DNA from: Eledone cirrhosa
Taxonomy: Eukaryota
DNA length: 64,000 nucleotides
Assembly (NCBI GenBank): GCA_964016885.1
Contig: OZ024740.1
Coordinates: 193,130,001-193,194,000, forward strand
Direction of reading: 5' to 3'
In this document: positions 43,216 through 57,786 of the stretch, one piece after another
Numbering within the stretch: the stretch's first letter is position 1
Layout of the letters: the number at the start of each line of letters is the position of its first letter
Translations under genes and position numbers: made by a program
Notes under the pieces: generated by a model
The model's database searches: none
What the model was told of the DNA's origin: nothing
What the model saw: the letters and a program-made list of their open reading frames with translations, nothing else

Positions 43216-43353
43216 TCGTCTGCTTAGTAAACAACATGTAACACAAACACACAAACACACACATCAATATATATATATACGTATATATATATATTGATGT
43301 GTGTTTGTGTTTGTGTGTGTGTCAGAGTTACATGTTGTTTACTAAGCAGACGA
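43216..43353. repeat. short palindrome
   Basis: tcgtctgcttagtaaacaacatgtaac ... gttacatgttgtttactaagcagacga. Confidence 0.85.
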
Positions 43354-43589
43354 AATATATTATAAGGTTTATATATATATATTATATATATATATAAAGA
43401 GTACAGGTAATGAAACTCCTAAATGCGCAAATAAATGTACCCATGTCTAGTATTAACTCATTTAACCCTGCCAAACTCCTTAAATCGATTTTGAAGGGAA
43501 TATGTAAGAGAGTATATGCCATATCACTGTAATAACATACAATGGACGTACTAATTTGCATATTATTAGCTTCTAGTATAGAGTCCTGT

Positions 43590-43740
43590 ACAGTCTGAGT
43601 TCAAATCCCGCCGAGGTTAACTTTGCCTTTCATCCTTACGAGGTGGATAGAATAAGGCACCGGTTACGTACTGGGGTCGATTCAATCGACTTTCCTCTCC
43701 TCAAAATTACTGGCCTTGTGCCTCCCCTAGAAACCATTAT
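43590..43740 (+). mobile_element. SINE (OR-like), 5' truncated
   Basis: ctgagttcaaatcccgccgaggttaactttgcctttcatcc...ctggggtcgattcaatcgac. Confidence 0.8.
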
Positions 43741-44041
43741 TGGCGTGTAGTTAATTATAATATATATTTAGTTGTGCATTAAGCAGCGAAACTATATGAT
43801 GAAGTTATATTTCTAAATATTAAGATTAGAGGTATCCTAGATTGCGTGGTTGTGTATGTATATCTACACATTAAATATATAGACATTTTAGTACATTTTC
43901 CTGTAACTGAAAAAAATACTGGTGATTGTTTTCAATTCACATGAAAATATGTATATTTGGGATGTTTACATGCTTATATACTAAAAATGTGTACATTTAT
44001 ACATAAATGTATACATTTATACACAAATATATAAACTGATC

Positions 44042-44097
<56 letters not shown>

Positions 44098-44184
44098 GGA
44101 ATAGAATGAAACGAAATTTCATTTCTCACTCTTAGTACGGCACTTACATAAATGTAAGTATGTATGTATACGTACATAGTGGCT

Positions 44185-44560
44185 GCCAACTCGTTTTCGA
44201 GTATGGCCAATACTTTATATCCATGTAGGAGAACCCCTGCCGATGCGCTGAACGAGTGTGACTTTTTAGTCCAGCCAGCGACTTGAAAACTCTGGTACAA
44301 ACATTACACTTGTGACAATTATTAACACATAGTGCTGGGCCCATGGTACCATGTGACGATAAGTGCAGAGAGATCTCCAGATATAAAGCAATGCCTGTGC
44401 CCTGAAGCTTTTATAGTGAGCAAAGGCACTGCACAAAGCCAGTCACACTCTCTTAACCAATATGATATTTACCAAAAAGAACAAATCAACATCATTGGAT
44501 ACCATGAGAGTTGCAGGTGTTATATCAGAGTTTTCCTTCTCCTAGAATTCTGCCTTGACA
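44185..44560 (-). pseudogene. RTE-type LINE 3' remnant
   Basis: CNVCTRVFKSLAGLKSHTRSAH. Confidence 0.55.
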
Positions 44561-44585
44561 AAGGCTAAGGGGTCATCTCTCATCT

Positions 44586-45087
44586 GTATACGTACATACA
44601 TATATGTATACAGACGTACAGTATTATGTATATATATACATGCATGCACACATATATACATGCACGTATCGGTTTACCGAACATTTATTATAATGCTCGG
44701 TTTGATTGTTTGTAAACAAACATTCCATTTATCGTTTTCGGTGTGCCTGGCCGACTGAACTCACTCGATATGCAAATTAGGCTGCTTAGCCGTTAATATG
44801 CATCAAGAAAGTATATACTTTCAGACGTTCAACCATCTGGCGGGAAGGTATGCGATGCTGACGATAGCTAATAAGCTTGAAACTAGTACATCGTTCCTGT
44901 GTCATTGTTGAACAAAAAGTTGACGTGGTTGCCTAAACACTGTACGGCGTAATGCGGGCTGTTTGTTTTGTTTACAAACAAACAAACCGAGCATTATAAT
45001 AAATGTTCCGTAAACTGATTCGTGCATGTATGTATATACATATACATACTACTGTAAGTCTGTATACATATATGATTGTACGTATAC
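44586..45087 (+). mobile_element. solo ~500-bp element with long terminal inverted repeats, an octamer and one HHR
   Basis: 44586-44720 pairs with ~44965-45087. HHR at 44853-44893: cgatg-CTGACGA-stem II-GAAA-ctag-TA-catcg. Confidence 0.8.
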
Positions 45088-45129
45088 ATACATACTTATA
45101 TATGTATATATATATATATATATATATAA

Positions 45130-45512
<383 letters not shown>

Positions 45513-45518
45513 AAGTAA

Positions 45519-45609
<91 letters not shown>

Positions 45610-45642
45610 TATATAACTGTCTCTCTCTCTCTCTTTATATAT

Positions 45643-48178
45643 ATAGGAACGAGTAGGACCCCGACGGCTGAGCTCAGCCGTCAAGGTCCTACTCGTTCCT
45701 ATTACCCACTCTACTACCCTAAGTATTGAGTACTTTGGTGCATTATGGTCCACCTGGTTCCTTACCACATTTCCTTCGTTGGAAAAAGATGGATAAAGAG
45801 AGCTACCGACTCCCTCTTCGATGTCAGTAAGGGCACGAGGGATTCGGCTGAGGTCACAGATCTTATAGGATTATTCCTACTAGTTAAACTGACCGATATG
45901 CTTCCTGCATTCGGCGGTGGATTGCACCGTGATGATGGGCCCCTTACCCTTAAAGGGTACAACCCCAGTAGTACAGACCGGGTCCGTAAACAATTAATCA
46001 GCTTCTTCCGCGACTGGGGATTTAAAATAACCCTACAAACGTCCCTAACCCGAGTAAACTTCCTGGACGTTCGCTTCACCTCGATAATGATCTGTACTAC
46101 CCATACAGGAAACCAAACAACAACCTGCACTACATCCACCGCCGGTCAAACTATCCTAGAAACATCACCAATAACCTGGTTAAAAACATCTCCCTCCGCA
46201 TATCTCGTTTGTCCGCTAATAAGCAGATATTGTCCGCTAATAAGCAGATATTACAACCAGGCCCTCAAGCGGAGTGGCCCTCCAGGTGGAAATATCCTAC
46301 TGTCCAGCTTCCATTAGCGGAACCAGCAGGCGACTCCGCCGCTCAGGCAACGTAACATCGTTCAATACTCCACACAACGCCGAGGTGACATCACCTATCG
46401 GGAAAATCTTCTTTTTCTCATCGAAAAACACTTCCCACTACAACACCGCTACCACAACATAATCAACAAAAATATAATCAAACTCTCCTACAGCACCACA
46501 CCTAACTTTGCACAAACCTCGTCTCCTCTAACAACAAAGATCTCAACCCCTATGGAAGAAATAACCTAGATAGCAGTGGAGAGCCGACCAGGAGGTGTAA
46601 CTGTCCTGTTGGATCCATTTGCCCTCTCAACAACATTGCAGAGATCGTAATGCGATCAACCAGTCCAACGTGAGGACGGACACCTCCAACAAAGCTTATA
46701 TATGATTAACCGCTTGTGACTTCAAGACCCGGCTATACCAACATACACATACTTTTCCAAACCCGGCCCGGCGTCACGCCACTACACTTTCGGGCCACAT
46801 CTGGGACCTCAAAGATAACAATATAACCTATAATCTCACTTGGAGCTTACTGTCCAGAGCCAACTCTTACACGGGAGGATGCCGTCCGTGTAACTTATGC
46901 TCGGAGGAAACATAAAAAATGTTGTTTTCGACGGACCAACTCCTAAACAAGACGAACTGGTAACTGCATGCAAAAACAGATTGCGTAGGACTTACCTCGC
47001 CCTCAAACCCCATAATGACCCGGGGGGGGGGGGTTAGACAAGGGCTGTAACACCCCACCTGCCGGCTTTGTAGTGGGTAACCCCTGCTTACAAAAGGTAG
47101 ACGTAAGATTTTCTTATATATTTGTTATCGTTTCCTCTATATTTCCTTTTCCCCCATCCCTTCCTAGTCCTTCCACCCCAGTTCTCCTTTTTCGTCGTTG
47201 TTTCACCTTGTCGCCCACCCGAGGCAGCCCTTCGGTCCTCTGTAGCCTCAGTACCCCCACCCCACCCCTATTCTGTGATAGAATTGGCGACTCCGCTTTT
47301 TATAGCAGATGTGCTAGACCCCAGATACTTGCTTTCTTATCTGATTGCTGCCCCATTTCCGTGATTTCTAGATTTCTTAGTGGTATCTCTGCTTTAGCAA
47401 ATATCAGTATTTATTTTTTTTTTGGGGGGGGGGGATTCTGAATTAATATTTCGTATTAGTTTCGGGCCTCTGAATTATTATTTTATATTAGTTTTTTTTT
47501 TTAGTATTTTGGCCCCCTACTTGTTGACCTGTAATTGTAAGATAGATTTGGCCGATTACTACTAACTCATAAAATTCTTTCACTACAATCTGGTATTTAG
47601 TATTCCGTCCCACCAATTAAACTTTTCTATAGTATAGCAGTAGCAGTGAGAGATTTGATGATTGTGGTAGGGGTATAGTAACCAGAAATTGTGTTTTTTT
47701 TTATTTTTAACATTCTTATTTTTCTATATATTTACTCCATATAGATTTACTTATTGTTTCGACTTCCTCCCCCTCCCCTCTCTAGTATAATTCTCTTGAC
47801 CTCTCATCCTTAGGATTCTAATGTAGTTGTCACTTTCAACGCACGACTGGGTTTCCTCTACTCCCTCTCCCTCTTTCTTCTACTGGCAAGTTTAGCTACC
47901 CCTTCCTTCCACAAGAATTATGTGTCTCAACAACAAACATTTGACCAATCCTTGTGACAATCACGTTTACCATATATGGAATTACCCCCTGAGAAGCTCG
48001 GCTATTCATTTACCAGGATAGAAATGTTCATTTAGTCCAGAATTAGCCGTCGAAACGGCTTGAGCTCAGTCGACGGGGTCCTACACGTGTCTATTACCCA
48101 CTATACTACCCTAAGTATTGAAGTATTGAGTACTTTGGTGCGTTATGGTCCATCTGGTTCCTTACCACATTTCCATCG

Positions 48179-48182
<4 letters not shown>
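45643..48182 (+). mobile_element. 5'-truncated Naiad-type PLE with direct pseudo-LTRs
   Basis: RT motifs FDVSKG..DSAEVTDLIGL, GLHRDDG, VNFLDV, YRKPNN; GIY-YIG-region motifs CNCP..CPL, FKTR, TTLSGHIWDLK, CNLC. The terminal repeat is at both 45666-45780 and 48055-48182. Confidence 0.88.
47984..48079 (+). ncRNA. hammerhead-like motif in PLE terminal repeat (atypical CUGAGAA core)
   Basis: Family consensus: acccc-CTGAGAA-stem II-GAAA-cggcttgagctcagccg-TC-ggggt. This copy has a mutated cleavage triplet. Confidence 0.6.
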
Positions 48183-48277
<95 letters not shown>

Positions 48278-48340
48278 CATACACATACATACATATACAT
48301 ACGTACACATAGACATATACAGATATATAAAGATACACAC

Positions 48341-48377
<37 letters not shown>

Positions 48378-48379
<2 letters not shown>

Positions 48380-49060
48380 GAGGACCCCCCCCCCCCCCTC
48401 TGTGCTTGATTTCTTCTTATTCCCACTGCATTTTAAGTTACCTTATTAAATAGCAAACTACACAGCCATTTCTATTCTCCACATATTTCATCATGTTTTT
48501 CGCTGTGACCATTCTTCTCTCCCCTTCTACCTACCTATTTCGCTACTTTCTACTCTCACCCCTCTTTCCTCCCCTCCCTTTCTCCTCATCTACTCTTACC
48601 CTACTTTCTTCCTCTCTCTTTCTCCCTCTCACTTTCACTACCTCGTCTGACCGTTTAGCAGTTCTCTTTCTTCTCACTTACAACTGCGGCCATCGTACGG
48701 GTGTCTTCTTTCTCTCGACCTTAAGTCTTGAACTTAAGTTCTATTATCGAGTGGTCTTGGATATCCTACCTATAGTTGCTCGCACATTGATCGGTTTGTT
48801 GTTTTATGCGCTGTTTTGTTATTGTTTCTCTTGTCTTCCCCCTTTGCTTTCCTTCCTTCCTTCCTTCGTTTTCCCAATAACTTATCCAGTTATTGACGCC
48901 CTGGGGTGAAGTGGTATCTTGTCTTTAAAGCGTAGAAATATCCTAGACCCCCAGGAGACAACTGATGAGGGTGCCCCTCCCCCCTGTTCTTGCTTTCCTC
49001 GTATTCCCACTACATTTTAAGTTACCTTAAATAGCAACTACACAGCCGTTTCTATTCTCA
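48378..49060 (+). repeat. ~585-bp unit with ~100-bp direct terminal repeat
   Basis: 48378-48480 is similar to 48963-49060. Confidence 0.7.
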
Positions 49061-49169
49061 TATATTTCATCATATATATCTATATCTATATATATATATA
49101 TACACATACACATACATATATGCATACATATATACCCATATATACACACACACACACATATATATATAT

Positions 49170-49268
<99 letters not shown>

Positions 49269-49711
49269 CACATACATACACTCATACACACATACATACA
49301 TACACATACACACATATGACACCTGGAATATAATTTAAGAGAAACTTCACAATAAGGGGAAGAACCCGACCACTTGAACCTGTTTATAGAATTCTTTCTG
49401 CCTTTGTCACCCTAATTTCAGCCTTAAAGTATTAGCTTCTAAAGAATTTCCCTTTTCTTTAAATATTGAACCCCACCCATACTGTAGTCACCTGACTTAC
49501 AGGCATTGTTATTTTAAGAGATAACCAAGGATGGGTATTCCAATTTGAACCTGTTTACAGTATTCTTTCTGCCTTTGTTAATATAAATTATAGTTTTTAA
49601 TGAATTCCCTTTTCTTTAAATCCATCAACCAATGACCTCCGCCGATCCCAATTCCTACCCTCTCCTACCACCAGAAAATATATAAATACGACCACATGTA
49701 CTTGTACAGTC

Positions 49712-49762
49712 AGCTTCCTGATGATTTCTCACGAATGAAACAGTTCTAGTCCTGTAGAAGCT
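49712..49762 (+). ncRNA. type I hammerhead ribozyme
   Basis: agcttc-CTGATGA-tttctcacgaat-GAAA-cag..ctg-TA-gaagct, at the end of a PLE 3' UTR fragment (~49320-49778). Confidence 0.85.
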
Positions 49763-49789
49763 TTTCTATATTAAAACAAATATATATAT

Positions 49790-50393
49790 ATTGTTATATT
49801 TGGAGAGGGTCATATTGTTGTAATAATATTGCCAGAAATAATAACAGAACACACTTACTGTTTGGTTGGTTTTCGCTTCTGTATCTTTTATATCTCCATA
49901 GTTAATTTATTTGGCCATCAATGTTTATTACTGACTGACCAACGATCAAGAAAACAGATATAAATACATATATATAGTCTAACAAAGTTCTTTTATTGTA
50001 TATCTACAACATCATCAGTGGTACTATTATCATGTTTCTCCTACTGTATTATATGCATGTAGACATATCGTAGATATTAGAATACATACAATACAGTAGG
50101 GGAAACATGATAGTAGTACCACCGATGATGTTGCAGATATGCAACGAAAGAACTTTGTTAGACAATATATATATATTTATATCTGTATTTCTGACCGTTC
50201 GTCAATCAATGATAAACATTGATGACCAAATGAATTAACTATGGAGATATAAAAGATCCAGAAGCGAAAACCAACCAAACAGTGAGTGTGTTCTGTTATT
50301 ATTTCTTGCAATATTATTACAACAATGTGACCCTGCCCAAGTATAACAATATTTGTTTCGACACACGATTTCATATTAAAAACCTCGCAAAAT
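49790..50393 (+). mobile_element. older fold-back element with tail and decayed HHR-like motifs
   Basis: Diverged ~260-bp arms. The tail is related to that of 57785-58392. Confidence 0.85.
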
Positions 50394-50918
50394 ATGTTGT
50401 TTATTACATAACTAATAAGCTCTGTAACCTACATAGAGCATTATTTTTTCCAGGACCTTTCCGTCCGAATTACTTCATTTATATATATATATATGTATTA
50501 GTGTATGTGTGGATGGGTGTTGTTAGTATTATACCCGTCAAACATGTGGAATTTATAATAAAAATATTATTTAATTCAATAATTCCTTCATTGTAATATT
50601 CTATATAAATATTTTCTTTGACCTTCCACCTACTGTCACTCTGGCTAACGCTGTATTTCCTTTTATATTCATTAAATCAATCACAGAACATTTTTTCATA
50701 GTTTTTCAAATATTCAAAAACATATATATGCACTAAATTACGATGGTTTTGTTCTGTCTGTCTTTCTTATGGCTGCTTTTGGGAATTGTGCTTGGAGGTT
50801 ATTATTATACTTGTCCAAAATAGATACGTTGTTAAATATTGATAAATAGATAATTTGATAGTCATGCAGACAGATACCTCATTCGAGAGTTAGATATGCA
50901 AACAGATATCTATCTATC

Positions 50919-51019
<101 letters not shown>

Positions 51020-51064
51020 GTGTGTGTGTGTGTATTATATATATGTATATATATATATATATAT

Positions 51065-51440
51065 TCGTTAAAAAACAAAAGAAGGCCGGACAGGAAATAT
51101 TATTTAAAGTTTTAAAGTTACATAAAAGCTATACATATTTCAATTGCATAGTTACATCATCCGATCATGATGCAACATATGCAAATTAATCAGGTGTGGA
51201 TTGCAGCATTAGCTGTTTGATAACACTATTAGTGCCAATACAAAAAAGAAGAGAATATATATGATTCGGAACTGGCTCGCTAATTCAGTGTTATTGTTAT
51301 GGCATATCTTTCATTACATGTTTGGGTTCCAGGCAATCGTTTTAAGAAATACTTTGCACAACGCCTGATGAGACCGTATTGCGTCATAATAAGATGATGC
51401 AGATGGGCCATAGAAATATGTATAGCGAGAATTAAATAGG
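51065..51440. mobile_element. head-to-head pair of diverged HHR modules
   Basis: Plus: cgc-CTGATGA..GAAA-tatgta-TA-gcg (51362-51427). Minus: CTGATTA..GAAA-tatgta-TA (~51129-51197). Confidence 0.55.
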
Positions 51441-51979
51441 TAAGTAAATCTTCCAGTCCGATCTTCTACTATTGTTAAATGCGTGCGTTCGGCCCGCTGC
51501 TGCTGGACGTATGACTAGCAGTAAACTATAACTTAGTGGACGGCATGAACCCTGTTACTCTGTCACCTTACCAGCCTGGATGGGGAGATTGATTGGTTGG
51601 GGGAGGGCGCATGCCTGGACTAGTTTCCTTGTATTTTGTTGTAGTAGTTAGAAGGTGATCTTCCTTTATATTTGCTCCCGCGCAATGATTTGGAACAGGA
51701 ATATGGCTCACAAAGAAACGGGCGAAGCCTTCAAGAACATCATATTTGTTCGTTCGCTTGTTTTAATGTGGGTTGTCTCGAGAACTTAACCTTATTATGT
51801 GAGAAGTTGTCTGATGAGATCAGGATATTGGGTACTTGGCACCACGTGGTGACTGTCGTCGTGCAAATGTGTATCATAGCCTTTCAATAAAGGATTTTAA
51901 CATCTGAAACTACTTCGTAATTTCTAATTCTACATACATATATATTGACAGTCGATCGACTTTCGTCGAATCGGGCCGA

Positions 51980-52160
51980 GGAAACTGTTTCCATTGTTTT
52001 TTACCAATTGCCAATACTATCTATCGGCCGCAAATCCAGGTAGAAGGAGCAACGTGGAATAGTGTCTCTTGCTGAAGGACATAACGCATCACCAGGTCCG
52101 AGAATCGTACTCACTACCTCACAATTGCAATCCAATTCTCTAACCACTCAGCCATACGCC
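51980..52160 (-). mobile_element. tRNA-derived SINE
   Basis: Reverse complement: ggcgtatggctgagtggttag (A box)...gagtacgattctc (B box)...tgtccttcagcaagagacact. Confidence 0.75.
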
Positions 52161-52530
52161 TTCTTTATATACTTTAGTAATATTTTTCATCTCAGGTGGA
52201 GTGATCACTAAAATAAATGCATTCTGATTGTTATTAATTTAAGAAATAAAGAAATGCCCATGTAACTCTTTGAGTAGGAAAGCTAAAAGGCAAAAAAGTA
52301 AACTAAACTCGTTTGTGTTTATTCTATTACATATTGCAGGTATATTTCTTCTGTAGATTCCAATCAGTGACTTCTTGTTCGGTGCAGCTTGATAGTTCAG
52401 TAAAATTTGGTAAAATGAATTGATTTTAAATTTCAATTAAGAAAACTCAATCGTATATACTTTCGTCTCCATATATCATATATTAATACGATAGGTACAT
52501 AAAATACTTGTCATTAAGTGCTGGGCTATA

Positions 52531-52564
<34 letters not shown>

Positions 52565-52606
52565 ACAATTAAGTTATATAAACGCTTGTTTTTATATATA
52601 TATATT

Positions 52607-52689
<83 letters not shown>

Positions 52690-53804
52690 ACACGTGTATA
52701 TACATGTATATAGAGGGAGATCGATATATGATAGAAAACGATCAGATGGCACTGTGGGAGATCCATGAGAGAATTCGGGCTAAAAATGCAAAACCCCAGA
52801 GCTTCCAAAGTGGTTGCTGTCAATCACCTGTCATATATCATATACAGTCACCAAGATCACCCTTTCAACTACAGTCTTCTCTGCAGGTTGCATAGTAGTG
52901 GGTTCATTTGATTTTAAGTTCAGAATTCGCTTAAGCAGACAAAATTCGCGGTTTTTGTTGAGCCATTTTGTTTAACTTTCTTAATTGGCACATTAGTTTT
53001 GTTTTTTTTCCTTCACATTTTTACTGTCATCCATGACAGTTTCTCATAATTATTTTGTCTCTATATCATCTTTAATGCAGCAAGAATGGAATCTCATAGT
53101 TGTTCATTGCCTCTATTCTGGTCTGCGTTTCGGAGTGATTCTACTCTATTTATCGGTTATCTGTAGCTCCTGAAGTCCATGGCTTAAAGACACAGCTTTA
53201 ATTCCTTACATTCTACCTATTGTGAGAGTAGTGCTTTTGGTATTCGGAAAACAGCAGTAGATGCAGCATTTTTATTTACCTCTTCAGTCTGCTGCTGTTG
53301 GTGTTGCTGCTGTCACTTGTGATAATTCCCCTCCTCCAATTCTCCTATTCTGGGAAGATGACATTTATATGAAGTGGAATTTACTGAAAACTTATGCAAC
53401 AATTGAATCCTCTTCTGAACAAAGTCATTGTGATTAACCTTTCTAATTCCTGTGGTCTTTTCTAATGATTAGAAATTGGATGGTCTGTGGTCCATGCCAA
53501 TATTTGTATCAGGAATTCTGGTATTATTGATAGCCAAATACTGTGAAATTACCTTGTAGTTATGAGTGCGTTGTACCCTCTGTCTGTCTTCTCCTATATA
53601 TTTGTTTATTTGAAAATCAAGCATATATTTCCTGATGCATTTCGCTTGTCGATGAAGGAAACATTCGGCCAGAACTCATCCAGGGCCTCGGGTCTATGTC
53701 AGTTTCTTCCTTGCTCTTCTCTGGATATTTTATCGTGTATAGAAGAATAGAAGGTTGTGCCATATATCGCACATTCTTGTGCTGGTTCAAGTGATGTCAC
53801 ACCT

Positions 53805-53874
<70 letters not shown>

Positions 53875-53878
<4 letters not shown>

Positions 53879-54280
53879 GGAGGTGAGTTTTATTGTAGTA
53901 CAATAAAGCAGTGCAGATATCGGATAAGAAGCACTCTACAGTTTGTAGGACTGGAGTATGCATAATATAAGATCAAAAGATGGTTAAAGGAGTTCCATGT
54001 ATTTTATTATGCGCATTTCAAAAACAAACATCATCATGCAATAATATTTGTGTTTTCATCAGATAAAACAGGAGAACATGATATGAAGGCTAAAAAACAC
54101 TTGTGGATAGTGCAGTTGATATGTTGATTTAAAACTGCACTATCCACAAGTGTTTTTTAGCCTTCATATCATGTTCTCCTGTTTTATCTGATGAAAACAC
54201 AAATATTATTGCATGATGATGTTTGTTTTTGAAATGCGCATAATAAAATACATGGAACTCCTTTAACCATCTTTTGATCT

Positions 54281-54288
<8 letters not shown>
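53875..54288 (-). mobile_element. fold-back HHR element with tail, same family as 5026-5462
   Basis: Near-perfect ~155-bp arms. HHRs at ~54000-54070 (-) and 54180-54250 (+). Confidence 0.92.
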
Positions 54289-54354
<66 letters not shown>

Positions 54355-54744
54355 GTTATTCCGGGTTGAATCGGAGGTAACCACAGTAAGTAAGGTACTC
54401 AATACATAGCAGAGTATAACAGTTTTAATATAGATGAGATTCTACAGGACTAGAACTGTTTCATTCATTAGAAATCATCAGGAATCTGGGTATCAAAAAA
54501 TAAATATGGTATTTATAGGTCTCTACAAGTGGTAGGAGAGGGTGGGGAGTGGGATGGGTGCAGGTCATTGGTTGATAGAAAAGGGAATTCATTAAAAGCT
54601 AATTCTACAAAGCTATAGTTAATTTTTATTTTTATTTATATTTATTTATGTTTTTAGAGTGACAAAGGCAGACAGAATTCTATAAAGAGGTTCCGGATGG
54701 CATACCATTCCTTGTCAATAAGTTTCTCTTAAGCTAGTAAAAAG

Positions 54745-55584
54745 CGTCTCTATTAGAATATCTGGCCTCTCCGCCAACAACGATATTTTTAATGCATCTG
54801 CCTCCTACTACAATGACGCCCTAGCCCGTAGCGGATTTAAAGATAAGATGACTTACCTAGAAACCACCGCTAAATTGCAGAGGAGGAATAGACATAGGCA
54901 GATTAGCTGGTACAACCCTCCCTTCAATAGAGAGGTATCTACTCCGATATCTATGATTTTCTTCACTTTACTGAAATTACACTTCCCCATACAACATAGG
55001 TACTACACCATCTTTAATAAGAACACTATAAGACTGTCTTACTCCACCACACCTAACCTAGCTAGGAATATAGCCAACCACAACTCTAAACTAAATAAGC
55101 CAACCACCTCCGAAACCAATCCCCGGACTGGGGCTCTATGTAATTGCCTTAATAAGGAAGCATGCCCACTAGAAAACAAATGCCTCACAAATCACATCGT
55201 ATACAAATGCGATGTCATCTCGGGCACCGAGGATTGCAAAAAAACTTACATCGGCATGACCTCCAACACCTTTAAGACCCGCTGGTATGCCCATACCCAC
55301 TCCTTCAGAAGACAGGATAAATCTAATCAAACAACACTCGCCTCCTACGTTTGGGACCTCAAAAGGAACTCCACCCCTACACGCTTAATTGGAAAATACT
55401 CCAGAAAGCGCGCTCTTACTACGAAGGACACAAGGGCTGCGACCTTTGTATTTCAGAGAGCTACGAAATTTTATTCGCCAAGGACCCGCTACTGAACAAA
55501 CTCTCTGAACACTGCCCGAACTGCATGCACAAGAACTTTGCAACATTCAAACACTTTAAGCCAGTGTTAAAGCCCGATGGCTAG
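54745..55584 (+). pseudogene. PLE thumb/linker and GIY-YIG endonuclease, one frameshift near 55375
   Basis: WYNPPF, IFNKNTIRLSYS, CNC..CPL..C, IVYKC...YIG, FKTR..H, TTLASYVWDLK, CDLC and C.H. Confidence 0.9.
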
Positions 55585-55824
55585 AAACGACCTCCCCCTA
55601 TTGGCCCCTTTACCTCCTCCCCACCCTACCCCCACCCCTCCTCAACCTGAAATACGGCCACTATGGTCATGTGAGTACCTCTTTCGTATCTACATTTTCT
55701 GCCTGTAGAGGTGTCTTTATGTGCCTGTGTATATGCGTATATTTATTGAGTACCTATTTACTTGTTTGTGTATATATTTGTTTGTATATGTGTATATGTC
55801 TATGTGTGTGTGTGTATATATATG

Positions 55825-55933
<109 letters not shown>

Positions 55934-56099
55934 ATGTGTGTGTGTATATGTGTGTGTATGTGTATGTGTATATATATATATATGTTTGTGTGTATATGTG
56001 TTTTATGTGTGTATATTTATGTAGGTATATGTATGTATGTGTTTGTGTATATGTATGTATGTATGTATATGTGTATGTGTGTGTATATGTATGTGTATA

Positions 56100-56129
<30 letters not shown>

Positions 56130-56146
<17 letters not shown>

Positions 56147-56285
56147 GTATGTATATATGTATGTGTGTGTATATGTATTTTTATGTATATATATATATGT
56201 GTGTATATATATGTTTGTGTGTATATGTGTTTTATGTGTGTATATTTATGTATGTATATGTATGTATGTGTTTGTGTATATGTAT

Positions 56286-56347
<62 letters not shown>

Positions 56348-56512
56348 ATATATATGTATGTATATATATATATGTATGTGCGTACGTATGTGTATGTATG
56401 TATGTATGTATGTATACGTGTGTATGTGTGTGTGTTTGTTTATGTATATGTATGTGTATGTGTGTATGCATGTATGTGTGTGTATGTGTGTGTATATATA
56501 TGTGTATATGCA

Positions 56513-56557
<45 letters not shown>

Positions 56558-56566
56558 GTGTATGTG

Positions 56567-56619
<53 letters not shown>

Positions 56620-56654
56620 GCATGTATATGTATGTATGTGTGTATGTATGTATG

Positions 56655-56705
<51 letters not shown>

Positions 56706-56787
56706 ATATATGTGTATATATATATGTATATATGTATATAAATGTGCATTTGTATATATGTATATGTATGTGTGTGTGTGTATGTAT

Positions 56788-56859
<72 letters not shown>

Positions 56860-56998
56860 ATATATGTGTATATATATATGTATATATGTATATAAGTGTG
56901 CATTTGTATATACGTATATGTATGTGTGTGTATGTATGTATGTATGTATGTGTGTGCGTGTGTGTGTGTGTATATATATATGTATATATATATGTATA

Positions 56999-57052
<54 letters not shown>

Positions 57053-57191
57053 TATACATATATATATACATATATATACACACACACACACACGCACACA
57101 CATACATACATACATACATACACACACATACATATACATATATACAAATGCACACTTATATACATATATACATATATATATACACATATAT

Positions 57192-57257
<66 letters not shown>

Positions 57258-57287
57258 ATACATACACACATACATACATATACATGC

Positions 57288-57329
<42 letters not shown>

Positions 57330-57343
57330 ACATACACATACAC

Positions 57344-57384
<41 letters not shown>

Positions 57385-57551
57385 TACATATACACATATA
57401 TATACACACACATACACACACATACATGCATACACACATACACATACACATACATAAACAAACACACACACATACACACGTATACATACACATACATACA
57501 TACATACACATACGTACGCACATACATATATATATACACATACATATATAT

Positions 57552-57606
<55 letters not shown>

Positions 57607-57748
57607 TACATACATATACACAAACACATACATACATATACATACATAAATATACACACATAAAACACATATACACACAAACATATATATACACACATAT
57701 ATATATATACATAAAAATACATATACACACACATACATATATACATAC

Positions 57749-57775
<27 letters not shown>
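56130..57775. repeat. palindrome of compound microsatellite sequence
   Basis: Unique interruptions (cgtacg, tgtgcatttg, gttttatg) are mirrored around a TA run at ~57025. Confidence 0.85.

Positions 57776-57784
<9 letters not shown>

Positions 57785-57786
<2 letters not shown>

Noticed and set aside
52100-52160. tRNA gene
   Set aside because: A/B-box head of a SINE. No complete cloverleaf, and it continues into the SINE body.
53000-53790. Possible LINE endonuclease remnant on the minus strand
   Set aside because: Too degraded to identify motifs reliably.
54848-55584. Possible selenoprotein-type Naiad (UGA at conserved Cys sites)
   Set aside because: The visible conserved positions are ordinary Cys codons, with no in-frame UGA.
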